This document shows, piece by piece, positions 50,823 through 64,000 of a stretch of 64,000 nucleotides of DNA. This stretch comes from Geosiphon pyriformis uo1 (taxonomy: Eukaryota > Fungi > Glomeromycota), in the NCBI GenBank assembly GCA_016748015.1, contig JAAOMT010000439.1, positions 703,527-767,526 on the forward strand, given 5' to 3'. Below the pieces are notes generated by a model, which saw only the letters and a list, made by a program, of their open reading frames with translations, did not search any database and was not told the origin of the DNA. The position numbers were made by a program, and so were the translations under genes. How positions within the stretch are numbered: the first letter of the stretch is position 1; every line of letters begins with the position of its first letter.

Positions 50823-52407
50823 TTCATGCACACTGGGAGATCCGTTAGGGAAAAAAGAAGATTTTGAAAGAATGAGATTTCGAAAATGAAAAGTTGGACT
50901 ATTAATACCTTCTCAATTTAATAATTCGAACTCCTATAAAGGATGAAAAAGGCATTATTTATCTCCGAAATTTAGTTGCCACAATCCCTTTTGAAAAAAG
51001 CTGAACATTGTTAGTTAACCTGGTGAATTTTGGACATAACGATATTATTACAATGTAATTTTTACGATTTTCCCATATATCTTTTTTCATCTCCATTTGA
51101 CCAATTCTCTATCAATGGATTTGACATGAAATATTAAAAATCTAATAGCGATTCTTATAGGAATCATACAAAAACAAAATCTTGGTTATTAATTCTTAAT
51201 TTGTAAAACATTTGTGTAATGAATGAAAGCGATCAAAAAAAATCAAGTTCCTAGCCAATATAATTCTTTTCATAATTGATGAATAGTTTATTATCTGGGC
51301 CTTATGAAATCTCATTTGATTTTATTTCTTGTGCAAAATAAAAGATATTCCTACTTAACAATGACAATTTTTTTGAAGTATATGATTTTATACACAAATT
51401 GGTTTATTTTGTAAGTTGTAAATTTTCAAAAATATGATGAATAATAAAATATTCATTTGTTTTAAAAAATATATATTTTAAAAATAATGTTAAATTAAAC
51501 TTATGCTAAAATTCAAATTTATTATTAAATTTAAACCAAAATATTATAAAATATTTTTCAAAATTAATTTGTTATATAAAGTATAATAACAATTAAAATT
51601 ATAAACAAACAAATTATTGTAATGAATAAAAATTTTAATTTTAATTTTTTGAATATAAATCTGAATTATGAAACTTTTATTAATAAAAAATTTTGGTTTG
51701 ATTATTATTTAACACAATTATTAATAAAGCTAAATTAAAAACATATAAATAAATAATAATAATAATTATATTTAATAAAAAAATATAAACATAAAATATA
51801 TCGGCGTAAAAAACCAAACTTGCAAAAAACAGCTTTTATAATTATAATTTAAATACCTGAAATTTGATTGAGAAAAATTTTTTTATGCAATTATTTAGTT
51901 CTCCACTTTCATTTACCAATTCTTAATTAAAAATATTACGGTTCAATAACTTCAAAGTTTTTATTGTAAAAAACCCACACTTTGAATAGCATAAATTAAT
52001 TTTTGTTTGATTAATTGTTCGAGCATCAACATTTTTAAGACCTCCAATGATTTATGATTGAGAAAATCCTATACCATTGTTTGTTTTGAAAGAATAAAAA
52101 CAAAACTTGGGTGGAAAATACTTGATACTAGTACTTATGTTAAAAAATTATCAATTGGTTGATCCATTTTTTTTACACATCTTAAATTAGGCTAGCCTGT
52201 TTTTCGAAAATTTTGTCAATCCTTTGCTTTGGTTACTACCGCCAATTTTACGTAGAAACAGGTATTTTGAGGTCTATAGTTATGCTGTTCATTTGACAAG
52301 GAAAGTTCCGACCATGTCTAACTTATGTATTTTGCTCAAGAAGAACAATCGATTATCTAACCAACTTTTAAACCTATTTGGAGCTCGCATTTCTTCCCTT
52401 TCAGAAA

Positions 52408-55199
52408 ATGGTAAAGTCTGATAGATTTTTTTGGCAAAATTAAAATCCAATTGGCATTCACAATTGTTGATAACTTATTTTCAGAGCAAACCGTTGGACA
52501 AAATACGTCCCTATTTGAAAAGATCAGGTTTTTCATTTTTTTTATATGACCACGAAATTATTCAACGAGTCTGATATCCATGGCCGAATTTAGATGCCAT
52601 TTTGGAGCCTAATGTGACCGATCTTGTCGACTTATTCCTTGAAAATTCTGGCGAACCCTCTGATCTTCTTGATTGCCTTGCCAACAGTTATGAAGGTACA
52701 ACTGAGGAAATCAAGCTGCTCCTAGCAATTTTTGGCGAATTCAGTATAGAGAAAGCACAAGAAGCGATTCAAGACTCTGTTCAAGAGGTGCTATTAAACA
52801 GCTTTCACAATGTGAATGTCGAGAATTGTATGGAATCCAACCCTGAGGTAGATTTTATCATATATTCTTTAAAAATTCAACAACAGAGGTTTATTTCATC
52901 TTACACCTGTTCCGAGTTGATTATTTGTTCAGCGTTTAAGACCAACGGTTGAATTGATTGAAAGTCCCTATTGGCGTAATGTCTTGTACAAACTTTCAGA
53001 AAAATTTCCTGCAAACACATTTCTCAACACCCTTATCAAGGTATGTGAAATGATCCCGCTTTTACTCTTATTTATAGATTGGGATGTCAATCGGTTTCTT
53101 ACCTATTATAGGCAATTTCGGACAAAGGATTAACCCAAGAGATTCAACATCTTCCCGCCACCTCCGCATATGCTGGAGTTCATTTAAAGGTGATCCTTGA
53201 CCTGTTGAATAAGATAATAATGGCCGATGATTTTGAAGTGGAAAAACTTTTACCCGATTTAGTGGTAATTTATGAGGAAAAAATAATCATTCCTTTAATA
53301 CGTAGTATCAATTACATTTTAAAATCTGGCTTTTCCTCAGGAAACGGTCAGTTTACAGCCTCACTCTTATTTGCTCACACAAGCATTGCTTAAAAGTTTA
53401 TCCAAAGAGAAAGGAGGATATCCTTTACGCAAGATATCCAAAGAATTGGAGAAAGCTGTTTCTGCAATCCATAAAGGTTATGACCCCAACGCAAGGAAAG
53501 TAGAATTATCACCACTTTAATTCCTGCTGAAATTACTCAACTTTGAGTTTATACTAATTTTCTTATTTCCAACAGGCCAGATTTTATTGTCTCACTTCGA
53601 AATTTGTTAAACAATGCACCTGTTGCAGTTTCAGGGGCGATTGCACGCTTGCCACCTACTCCTGGTGATGTGGTTTGGGTAAGGCATAAAAATCTACGAA
53701 ATTTCTTATTTTTCATGATACCATTTGAATAATTATTTTTGGTGTCAGCTTCATAAGACCTACTCAACAACTACACCGCCACCATCTCCTATATTTTTAC
53801 GCGATCCTGAGCTGCTAAGTAAGCGCACCAAACGAATTTAATTTCTGAATCAAGATTGTTTAACAGATTGGATCTAAAAATATTCTATTTCAATTCAACA
53901 GATTATTTGATGACGACTATTTTTGTTCCAAATCCTAAATCGGCACAATTAAAAGATGATTTAAGATCAAAATACCTTCATTTAATTGCCTTTGCCGCCA
54001 GTGCGAAAGATACTGAGGCTGACACGGTATAGGATCCTAAATTTATCTTAAATGGTATACGACATTACTGAATATTCCATGTGATACCACTCCCCTTCTC
54101 AGGTAGATATCAGCAAAGTTGAGGAAACCAGTAAAATACTTAAAAGACTTGAAGCTGCCATCGGGAAAAAAAGTTCGACTGGATCTGAATTAAATTCCGT
54201 CATTACCGAAGTTCTTGATTATATTCAGTATGCATAACTTTTCTTTTTCTACATTAAGTTTCTTGATGTAACTTTTTTTTTACATTACCATTTCAGTCTA
54301 CCAGTGGCTTCTATGGCATTGATATTTTGGTGTCGTTATCTTCTTCTCGAGACCCCCTTTTACGAAAAGCATTTTAAGCCTAAAGAACCTACTCGACCAC
54401 ATTTACTATTGGAAGAGGTTATTATCAACTAGAATTCTTTTTTTTTTCATTTATTCAACATTAAAGAGAGAATCTCATTACTGCAAGAATTTTCTCTTTA
54501 GATTGCTTCTCGGCATCCATTGCAGCGTCCGCATATTTTTGCTCTTTTTGCTGATAATCTCCTAATTCAGAGCCGATCCTTGTCACCTGAAATATTGGTT
54601 AGTCTTAATCATTTGCTCCAGATTATTATGATTATTTGGTAATTAACATATTTCCATTTTAAAAAGACGGCTATTCGTAAACAGCTTTTTGACCGAATGG
54701 TAGTTCTGGTAGTGGAATTTGGTTACGTTATTCCCGTGCTGCAGTATATGGAAAGTAATGCAAAACGTTTGATCGAGGAAAATCAATTATTTTATTTTGT
54801 ACGCAAGGTAAGAAAAAAATTTTTTATTGGAGCCATATGCTGCCGTCGTGTCTATTCGGTAAATCATATCTCTGCATACTTAGATTCTCGAGCAGGCAGA
54901 GGCTCCTTATTCCTCTCAGTTCTTTGAACATATGTTAAATTTGATTGAGCAGGTGGAAGTAAATTTAGAAAGTGGATTGGAAACCAAGCCGATTACCAAA
55001 CAATTTTTAGGTAAGTGGATGGAATCCATTAGTTTTCTACCTGTCTTTGTCAATCGTCTCGATAAAATAGTGTTTTGCATCGTAAAATTTGCATGCAAAA
55101 GTTCATGTTTGAAAATATTAAAAGAAAATCGATGCCTAAGGAAAGCAACTTCCATGACTTTATGTGAGATTCTTTTTGAACCCATCAGGGAACTGCTGA
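52408..55199 (+). CDS. NELFCD: Negative elongation factor C/D (TH1) homolog, about 15 exons; first and last exons tentative
   Basis: The spliced product follows TH1/NELF-C/D along its length (recalled family motifs): 'DAILEPNV..F...GEP..LLDCLANSYEG', 'WRNVLYKLSEKFPANTFLNTLIKAISDKG', 'HSYLLTQALL..L....GGYPLRKISKEL', 'PGDVVWLHKTYS...PP..FLRDP', 'KYLHLIAFAAS', 'PVASMALIFW', 'LLEEIASRHPLQRP', 'KQLFDRMVVL...GYVIPVLQYM', 'YFVRKILE..EAPYSSQF'. Introns are canonical GT-AG. Confidence 0.9.
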
Positions 55200-56272
55200 T
55201 AATTGTTAACACAACGACTTACAAGAACACGTTATGCCAAATTTGAATACCTTTATGAAAAGCCCCTCAGATATTATCTTATTAAAGATGACTATAAATA
55301 ATGGATTGGTAGCCAAAAAAACTGGGGTAGACTAATCAGTATGGTTTCGAATCTGCGTCTTAAACATTTGAAGCAAATTAAGTGCATGATGAACGGATTA
55401 AATTTTTACTGGTGGAGTAACCATCACGTGTCGCCATTACCAATAGATATTTATTAATGATATATTTCATCCATGCAGAAAACGCCCCAGAGTTCTCGGA
55501 GGGTTCATCGGCCCAAAAGACATTGGAAAGATTGCAGGGTATTTTTTCCCGATGAGATCAAGCTATCGTGTCCCTGCCGCCTCAGTTATGGATCATCATC
55601 TCCCTGCCGATCGTGATGGAACGCGCGCATCTTTCAATCTATTCCGGTCGTCGAATTATTTTCGACTTTAATTAATTGCATTTTTAACACATCATATTTC
55701 TCTTCCTAGATTTGATGTCTTTGATATAACACTTTCCCGATTTCTTTTTGATGCATTCCAAGGAAATACAAAAGGTGAATAGAGGAAAAATAATTATTAC
55801 TGACAACATTGAGTTTAATTCATGACGCGAAAAGTTCTATGAATTTGAAACTGATCCTCCAGTCATATCAAGGGGATCAATAGGTAGCCTTTTGGAAACC
55901 GAGATCAACCCCAGAAAAAAGATATATGTCGTAAAAAAAGAGGTATGTATACATAACTTCAAAGAAGGGCTATTTAAAAAAAGGAATAAATTTTTGAAAA
56001 AGGAAAGCAAAGAAAGTATTAAACAAAAAGATTTAGGGTTGGCAAGAGATGTATACATACAAAAAGTATTTGATCGGCTGAGATGAAATTTGAGAGCAAG
56101 AATTATAGTACAGCATCCGGCATACCAGGCAATATCATCTTGAACTTTCTCTTAGGATCGAACAAAAGATAGATGAGAACGAAGCGTAAAACTCAATATT
56201 AAATAACCAATTATATTTTTGTGGCCGGTTTTTAACACGAGAGACCAGAGACTTAAAGAGCAGGATTTGGAT

Positions 56273-56911
56273 TTATAATATCTGAGCATCTCCATCCCAT
56301 ATTTTTGGTTCGGGGGGTGAATATGGTTCGCTCACTTCATCCGAGCCCAAGGGAAATCCCCATTGAGTATGCAAGTGAGCAGAAGCTTGTCGAATGTCTT
56401 CTCGGTGTTCTGGGGTTAAAAATTGTGCTAAAGGATCTCTTTGAGTCGTATCATTGAGATCATCAGTATCATTGATTGTATAGATATTTCCATCAATTTC
56501 TTGATCGACGCTTCCAATGACCTGTTCATTTATATTTCCATTTTGATGGGCGAATTTACACTCTTCCCCATACCTACAATATCCTTTAACAAAAAAACGA
56601 CACTGCGTAAAACTTTTAGGGTGTGGTAACAGTCCATATGTCGGTACTGAGACGGGAGCACCGTTATCATGAGAATATCTACATATAAGACCGTACCGGC
56701 AAATACCCTTTTGAAAGAAACGACATAAGAGTTTTTGAGCTGGTATGGCCGCTGAATTTGCTTCTGTTACAAGCTTGGATTCTTGAGAGGTCACTTGGCA
56801 AAACTCGTCATCCACTTGCTTTTGAAAAGTCTGATCAACTTGCTCTGCTGGAAGCTCTCCTTCCTCTTGTTCTTCGGTTTCCGGATTTTCGTTATGATCG
56901 TCGGCTTGCAT
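56273..56911 (-). CDS. Tandem CCCH zinc-finger protein (RNA-binding type); start codon tentative
   Basis: Two C-x7-C-x5-C-x3-H fingers: CRFFQKGICRYGLICRYSH and CRFFVKGYCRYGEECKFAH. First ATG at 56911 follows a splice-acceptor-like site. Confidence 0.8.
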   Translation of the reverse strand: MQADDHNENPETEEQEEGELPAEQVDQTFQKQVDDEFCQVTSQESKLVTEANSAAIPAQKLLCRFFQKGICRYGLICRYSHDNGAPVSVPTYGLLPHPKSFTQCRFFVKGYCRYGEECKFAHQNGNINEQVIGSVDQEIDGNIYTINDTDDLNDTTQRDPLAQFLTPEHREDIRQASAHLHTQWGFPLGSDEVSEPYSPPEPKIWDGDAQIL

Positions 56912-59307
56912 TCCCACTTGTGAAAATGTATTATAAGGTTGAAAATCGAGAATTTATAGTCTCAGCTTTTGTGGGATTTCTTGACCGAAAACAACAACAA
57001 CTTTCACCGAAAGCAAGGTAACCGTGCTGGTTTCCAAGATGTATTTTTTAAAAAGTTGCATTTCAAAAGAAAAAAAGGGTCGATGCAAAGAGCCCCGATT
57101 TAAATTTATTTTTATCCGCTGGGCTTCGCGATGCACAAAACTTTGAAGTTGTGCAAGCCTGTTTCGTAGATTTTCACTAATTTTCTATTATCTCTCCAAA
57201 TTTCAAGCGAAAATGCGTTCAGTAGAAACAATTAGATTGCAAATTTTGAAAATTTAAAATACAGTGAATGCAAAAGTATTAAGGCTTTTAAAAAAAATAA
57301 GAAATAAAAAATAATCTTTTATTTGAATGCTTAAATTATTATTATAAAAAAACCAAATATTTTTGTTTTTATTTTATTTAATTAATGGATACAATAAACA
57401 TAATTATCAAAATTATTATTTTGATAATCTAATTTTTATTAAATTTAACATTCAAAGTTTGTTTTAAATAAAATAATTTTTCTTAATATGTTATTTTTAA
57501 ATATAAAAAGTTATTTGAGCTATTATAAATAAATATAAACTATTTGAAATATATTTATTGGTAAAAAAACAATATATATATTGGTTTTTATTTTTGTCTA
57601 TAATCAAGACTTTTTATTCATTTTACTCATTTGTTAAGTAAAATTATCACAATCCAATTTAAAGTAAAAGAGATTTATATAAGAACTATGTAATACCAGT
57701 ATTTGGTATAGTAAATGACTTATCAAGAGAAAATTATAACTATTATTTAAATCAATTTCAGGGTTATTCATAACTTTAGACGATTTGCAAGGGTTATTTT
57801 AAGGGTTTATTACATTGAAATATTTCAAATCGTAGATGATTAACAAAAAAAGTCAAATATTCCATGAGAAATAAACATCCAACTGCACATTAATAGGTTA
57901 TAAAAAAATTGGAAGGGAAAAATACCTGATTCTTACAAAATTTAGAGTAAGACTCAATTGTACTCTCTTTACGCAGAATTACTTGATGCAAAATAACGCA
58001 AATTTAATTGTTCTCATCACCTTAACCAGATGTTATTAACGAACAAAGCTTTAACCGAGAAATTTCAGCCCCTAAATCGAAAGAAGTGTATTTTAGCACG
58101 CAAACCTACTATGACAATCGAGGGACACTGAGTTTTTACCTGAAGGTACACAGCATAGGCACCAATGTCAAATTTTCTTCATTGGATTTGTGAAAGCAGT
58201 AATGAATTTTTGAATTATTAAATATAAAAGTTTAAACCCTCAAAGGCATCAGGAATTCTTTTTCAAATTAAACATATGCTCTGAAAGTTATAAGCCAATA
58301 AAATGACCCGATTGTGATTACTTTTGGATGGCCTAGAATGGGAAATGAAATTTTATTATTTAGGCTCATAGCAAACTTGAGGTAATTTTTCAAAGAACTT
58401 TTTTGATTTATGGTGTCACATTGCAGACCTCCCAAGAAGAATAACTTTTTCGGATGCAACTTTAACCTGAATCTTGGATTCACGAATTTGCTAACGTCTG
58501 CAAGATAGGTATCCAATTGTATACAGATGTTTTAACACCCATTCATTTGACGAACATCTGGTATGAATTTAAAAAATTTAGATATTTGCGATCCAATCTT
58601 CGAAATTTGAAGAGCTAAATTGAGCAAAAAATTGATTTTACGAATTATAGAAAATGTGCGTTTAAAAGTATTTTAATTCAAGACTTTAATTATTTTATTA
58701 TTATTTTTCTTTTATTGCATACCCGGTGTAATCCAACCACCCACAACGCAATTATCATACATTAGATGTGGATCGCGCAACAAACTACGCGTAATCAGCC
58801 ACCCGATTTTATTATTAGGATAACTTTAAAAATGAAATTTAATAATATAAAGGATACATTTCAACTAGAAATTATATTAAAAATGAACATCAAATTTATA
58901 TTTATTTTAAAATAACCATTAATAATAATTTTTTTAAATATAAGTTTATATTAGAATTATATTCAAAATTAAAATTGGGTTGTTTTTCCATCTCCAAAAT
59001 TATAGTTGGTACTTTTTATATTTCTCATTATTGTAATTGACTAAAATCAAATAAGATTCACCAATGTACATTGAAAAGCATTTTTTAATAATACAACTTG
59101 GCTAAATAACTAAAACAAATCACCGTTTATTTGAAAACTGAACCTCTGTATTGACTATTACATCATTACCGTTCATCAATACATTGATAATAGCAACTCC
59201 TATGTACCATAGTTGACGCTGAACTCTTTAGATCAAATTATATCAAAACATAGGAAATAATAAATATCTTAAATTCAAACACCATATTTTTCAGAAACGG
59301 TTAGTGA

Positions 59308-61287
59308 TTAGTTGACCGAAAATCCAGTCACCTCAATCGCAGCAGACATACTTCGCTGCCTTTTAGCTGAGGGGTTTGGTTGCCCACCTGCTTCTCGAGC
59401 AAATACGCTCAAGATATCTGTGAGACTAACTACTCCTATCGGTTGTGCTCGTTCATCAACCACCCAAACACGATGAGCCTTGGTAGCCGTGAGTTTAGCA
59501 ATTGTGAAGCCTAGAGTTGATGTTGGTCTTATATCGAAGACAGGGTATCGATCCTAGAGGAAGAAAGGATTAAAAAGTAATAATGACGAAATCAATATTT
59601 ATTAAGCTGTAAGTGAGTTTTACTTTGTTTTTGAACCTTAGGTAGGGCTAACCCTTTATCAAGAACTATAATGATAATAAGGAATTATATAGTCACCTGT
59701 CCATCTTCTAAGCCTTGATGACTTCTCACATGACTGAGAAATTGATGAGTGGTTTTCCACATTAGAGAATGTCGATAGCCTCGAAATACATACTTTTAAT
59801 TTCAGATTGAAGGTTAGACATGCCTTTGATTGGGTATATGTTTAACATCACATTAATATGAACCTTTAAATCTGACATGCTTATATTACCAATCAACATT
59901 CCATTGTCATCAATAATCCCAATTGAACTCAGACCATTTGTATCTTTAGAGATAATTGGAGGCTTCAGTGTTACTCTTAAGAAATTTCTACAACTTAATA
60001 CAAGCCAGTAAAGAAATAATGGGTAAAATTATAGTTACTCATCATCGTTAGCGCGTCGAGTACGAAAGAATTACTTCGAGCAGTTATGACGGTACCCTGT
60101 CCTATGTTAAGATCTCGCACCTGAAATTATAAATTAATTTAGCAAAATTCATAGCAACAAAAAAAAGGAACTGTTTCAGATTGGTATCAAATACCGTTTT
60201 CGGAAATAATTCTTCAATTTTCGGAAAGTGCGTTACCTGTAGGATAGAAATTTTGAATAAGAGTTCTCTTTGGGGTTACAAGGTAGAAATAAGTGAATAA
60301 AAAAGAAAACGAATGATCTTCCAAAAAATTTCCCCACCCATTAGCAACCCACATTATTGTATAAATATTGAACTACGTGTGACTGTGTCAGCAATCCTTT
60401 CAAATTGCCATTGGCATCCAGAACGGCCACTGATGTGATCGAGTTTCATCAAATTAAACTCTAAAATATGTCTGACAGAAAGGAAGTTGTAATTGGGATA
60501 TCAATCAAAAAATCAAGTTTATTACCTCGATGGCTGCCGCTTCCAAACAATTCAACAACATGAAGCAAAGAAGTCTCCGGCATTACAGAGTAAAAAGGAT
60601 TTTTATTCGAAAGATCTATTCGGAAAATCCCACACTTGGATAATAAAAAATCCTTTCTCTTCTCAAATAATGAATCTGCCCGGAACGTTTGAAATGAATC
60701 TTTACCTGAGGCTAATTTGACGGGAACTGGTTCACATTGAATCGCCAATCTGATCAAATCCTTGAATTCTGATGTTAATTCTTCTTCACTTTTTTGTTGT
60801 TGTTCCCAGTTATTTTTCTTTTTGAGCACAATCAAAAGATATGACATAACGTCTGCCCAATCAAACATTCCCACAAAACTCTGGGTATTAGAATCATATA
60901 CGGGAGCCGAAGATATATTATTTTTGATCAATGACTGATTCCCATAGAATAGAGAGGAAATAAAAAGTTGACTTCAAGATTTAAATGTGGAAGCAGCATT
61001 AATAGAAAAACTATAGCCTTGTAAATGCTTACTTCACAGGCTTCTTCAATAGGCGTATTAGCATCACTTATTTAAAAAAAAGCAGTCAAGTAGTTTAAAA
61101 AATAAGCACTTTAGGATAAAAGCAAACATAGATTAACATACATTACAATGACATTTTGATCGACAACCAGGTCAATGACTTTAACCAAAGTCCAGTCTCT
61201 TCGTTCAGTAGTAATACCTTCTCGGTGGGCGTCACCGCCAGATAAGGTTGAACGACGTGAACTTGGGAGGCCTGTCACAGGGTCCAT
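59308..61287 (-). CDS. SDS23: Sds23/Moc1-like tandem CBS-domain protein, multi-exon
   Basis: Spliced product: MDPVTGLPSSRRST...RDWTLVKVIDLV..VIVIDANTPIEEACEVLIKNNISSAPVYD..VGMFDWADVMSYLL...HRVAVLD...LSSIGIIDDNGMLIGNISMSDLK...YPVFDIRPTSTLGFTIAKLTATKAHRVWVVD..PIGVVSLTDIL. The 'AKL.ATK.HR.W' block is typical of Sds23. Confidence 0.85.
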
Positions 61288-61490
61288 AATAACGTGGATC
61301 TTTTCAAATGTGTAGTTTTCGTCTGTTGAAGCGAGACGTTCTTGCAGATATCAATCAAATTTGAAAACTGTAAATTCTATATTAAATCTTCAAGGAATGA
61401 TAGACGCTGCACATTATCCGATATGAAATCTTCAAATCTAACATTATTCGAGAAATTTTCAAGATTCCTCTGGAGACTTTGTAGCTTCTA
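61288..61490. promoter_or_regulatory. Short divergent (bidirectional) promoter region
   Basis: Only ~200 bp separate the predicted ATGs of the CBS gene (-) and the DUF1640 gene (+). Confidence 0.55.
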
Positions 61491-62712
61491 ATGTTCTTTG
61501 CCCATAAAGCACGCATAACAGGTTACGTCGGTAATTTGGTTTTAGTTTTGCCTTATTTTTTTATGCTCCTCTTCAAATTCTAACCAGCTTCACTTCGCAG
61601 CGTCTACCCTAATATTTTCAACATGTGGTTACACTATCAAACCCAGACTCAGGCTGTCCATCTTGACCAAAGCTTTGCCTATAACCAGTTCTAAAGTCTA
61701 TAGCCTTATTCCTAATTCAATTCAATATCCCCCAAAAAATTTGATTTCTTTATCAAATTCCTTATTTAAATTACATCAAGCTGGGTTTCTTAAGTTCCTT
61801 TTACAACGATATCTTACCACTAAGCATAGTTTCCACACCTATGAACTAGTTAGACTACTAGAAACTCGTGGGTTAACTAGAAAGCAAGCTGTTGCTGTTA
61901 TGAAGTGCATGCAAGCATTGTTTTTGGACAGGTGATTTTATATACATTGAAATTGAAAATTTTATCCTATTAACCCGCAAATTCCAAAGTTAATTTGAAC
62001 ACTTGATGTTCCTCATCTCAGCGCGAGTATTATCAAGGCACAGATGCTTTCAAAATCCGAACTCGAAAATGTAAGTCATTTTTACAAAATCTATTTGCAA
62101 ATAACATTTTATTGATCAATTTATTAAGACAGGGGAAATTTCTTAATCGCAAGGTCTCATAAAGTTTAATCAATACAGGGTACATATCATTTCAAGGCTG
62201 CTCTCTCTGAACTTCGGACAGAGATAGAAATCCTACGTAAAAGTGATTGGTCTGCCTTACGTCTTGAAACCGCGAGTATTCAACGTGAGCTTGAGGCCTT
62301 GAATGCCAAACTCAAAGAAGATAGTACTGCATTGAAACACGAAATACAAATGGACTTCAACACGCGCAAAGCTGAGGTTCGAGGAGATCAAAAGAAGTTG
62401 GAAATAAAGATCGAGGAAATGAACAATAAATTTACAATAGCTTTGGGTGATATTCGCACTGATATAGAAGCGGTGAAGTGGGAGACGACAAAACATGGAA
62501 TGAGTATATTATCTTTTTTTATCCATTTTTTTTTGATCTATTTCAGTCCATTTTTTCAAAATCTGTTCCAAAACTTTTCAGTTGCAATATTCGGAGTTGG
62601 CGTATTTGCGCTTTTCGTCATGTTTATTATTTCTGAAAAGAATTCCAGAAAAACCAAAGAAACTACTGGGACATCGACACCGCTTGATTCAACACAGGTT
62701 CCTTCCTTGTGA
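61491..62712 (+). CDS. DUF1640 (CCDC90/MCUR1/Fmp32/Put6-7-like) mitochondrial coiled-coil membrane protein, 5 exons
   Basis: Basic presequence-like N-terminus; 'HSFHTYELVRLLETRGLTRKQAVAVMKCM'; 'FKAALSELRTEI'; 'LKHEIQMDFNTRKAEVR...RTDIEAVKWETTK'; C-terminal TM 'AIFGVGVFALFVMFII'. Confidence 0.88.
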
Positions 62713-63743
62713 AATAACAGATTCAAAAATGGCTGGGGTTTTATCTGTCTCAAAATATGTTTTAGATGTTGATATCTTCCACTCACAATTAAGAAGCTTA
62801 AAGCTTAATAAATTTTTCAGGGATTCTAAATCTATCATAAACACAAGGTCAGTCTAAAAAACATTCCTATTTAATCTAAAGGCCCTTCTAATTCCAAAAA
62901 ACTTTACTTGATCAACTTGGCCGTTTTCACAAGTCGAATTATACTATATCACCAATTTAGCTAACTCATCTCCCACGTTTTTTATGCATAGTAAGAAATC
63001 TACCTGAATTTTCGCTTCACAAAAACAATCGGCGTCGATAATTGTCATGAGCTATAATAATTGCTCATACGAGATTAACTATAATAACAAACCAAAGCCA
63101 AGATATCAAAAAGAGGTATACCTAAGGCTCAATAATTTGTTTACATTAGAAGAGCCAACTCACGCTATTGTTTTCAAATTAATGACGCCTACAACCTAAT
63201 GGTTACCCGATAAAAGAGTGAAATATAAACGGAAAAAGCCGTATCATCAAGTGATAACCTTAGATTTATACGGACGCAAAGCTGTCATTTAACTATTTGA
63301 ACGAACCAAATGTCTTGAAATTTCAGCGTTCACCTCATTCCTTGATAGGCGGATATTCCAAATTAATCAATCTCTGATTAAGAAACCTGTAAAAATCAAA
63401 TTTTTCAGATTTTAATTTCCTAGATAATAAATCATCTCTGAAGATAAAGTTTCTTTTATGAAAGATCATAATTTTATTTCAAAAGTTCAGTGATTACCGA
63501 GAAACAAATTTACAGTGGAGCCTCACATCGGACCCGTTCTACGAAAGGGATTGTTCAGGTAACCTGACTTCGAATATTAATAAGACATGTCTATCACGTT
63601 AAATTTCTGATCTACAAACCAGCGATCAATAAAAAACGAAGTATCTATATAATTTCCACTTTTTAATCAAGTGTTCTATCAGTATTTTTTCACAGTTGCT
63701 ATCAGCCGCAATTGGTCTCGACGCCGTGTTTTATTTCGCATGT

Positions 63744-64000
63744 TTACCAGCTTAACCAATCAACACTCGGTATCTTAATCGACCAATCCATGAATTGGAA
63801 AGCAATCACAGCCAAGGTGACAGCCGCTAGACTCAGAAAAAGTCTCGGTTTTTGGGAAATGTAATTTGTATCAGCTTTTTTTGGGATTTCCAAGGAAATC
63901 CCTTCTCCATAATTTGATGCCTTATTTTCTGCCGACACGTTTTTGGGATCAACAACACTGACTCTCAAGGTGTGTACCAATCCTGGAGTCTTCCAATCCT
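63744..64000 (-). CDS. 3' end of a gene entering from beyond the window; C-terminal hydrophobic anchor
   Basis: The frame is open to the window edge (DWKTPGLVHTLRVSVVDP...) and ends with a TM-like 'LFLSLAAVTLAVIAFQFM'. Family not recognised. Confidence 0.5.
   Translation of the reverse strand, partial: DWKTPGLVHTLRVSVVDPKNVSAENKASNYGEGISLEIPKKADTNYISQKPRLFLSLAAVTLAVIAFQFMDWSIKIPSVDWLSW

Noticed and set aside
50436-50889. Leu/Phe-rich and Arg/Lys-rich ORFs
   Set aside because: Antisense and alternative frames of the GAG/GAA-rich acidic tail; the same applies to 27761..28093 and 28562..28744.
52224-52421. ORF/ATG at 52314 as the NELF-C/D start
   Set aside because: Splicing from it puts the next exons out of frame; the ATG at 52408 directly before GTAAAG gives the TH1 frame.
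55470-56090. Exon-like pieces with splice-like sites between the NELF-C/D and CCCH genes
   Set aside because: Could not assemble a convincing open spliced frame or recognise a family; may be a small gene or pseudogene and needs RNA-seq.
59308-61287. AMPK gamma (SNF4) as the identity of the CBS protein
   Set aside because: The C-terminal 'PVFDI..STLGFTIAKLTATKAHRVW' and N-terminal 'RDW' blocks fit Sds23/Moc1 better; a reciprocal BLAST would settle it.

Overview
AT-rich eukaryotic DNA, most likely an early-diverging fungus. The F-box/LRR gene and repeat style resemble Glomeromycotina; this is an inference and was not searched. The window has three compartments. (1) 1-19.4 kb and 34.9-44.4 kb are nested retroelement graveyards. 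They hold two decayed LINEs (ORF1 plus APE-RT-RNaseH ORF2; one is full-length with a 14-bp TSD). They also hold three copies of a ~2.3-kb RT-less, ORF1-only element: two bounded by their own TSDs and carrying the LINE 3' UTR, and one heavily mutated. Two tiny 5'-truncated 3'-UTR insertions are also present. The near-pure-AT stretches can be read as Ty3/Gypsy gag and ORF1 frames bleached by C>T/G>A mutation. (2) 20-34.6 kb is microsatellite-dense, with an assembly gap, one 693-aa low-complexity gene and tRNA-Ala(UGC). (3) 44.9-64 kb is gene-dense: Ctp1/Sae2/CtIP, F-box/LRR, an HTH (POU-specific-like) acidic protein, a NELF-C/D (TH1) homolog, a tandem CCCH protein, an Sds23-like CBS protein, a DUF1640 protein and a partial gene. 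Best leads: the HAL1-like ORF1-only retroelement family sharing a LINE 3' end, RIP-like all-context hypermutation of repeats, and a fungal NELF-C/D. All alignments and translations outside the supplied ORF track were done by eye.
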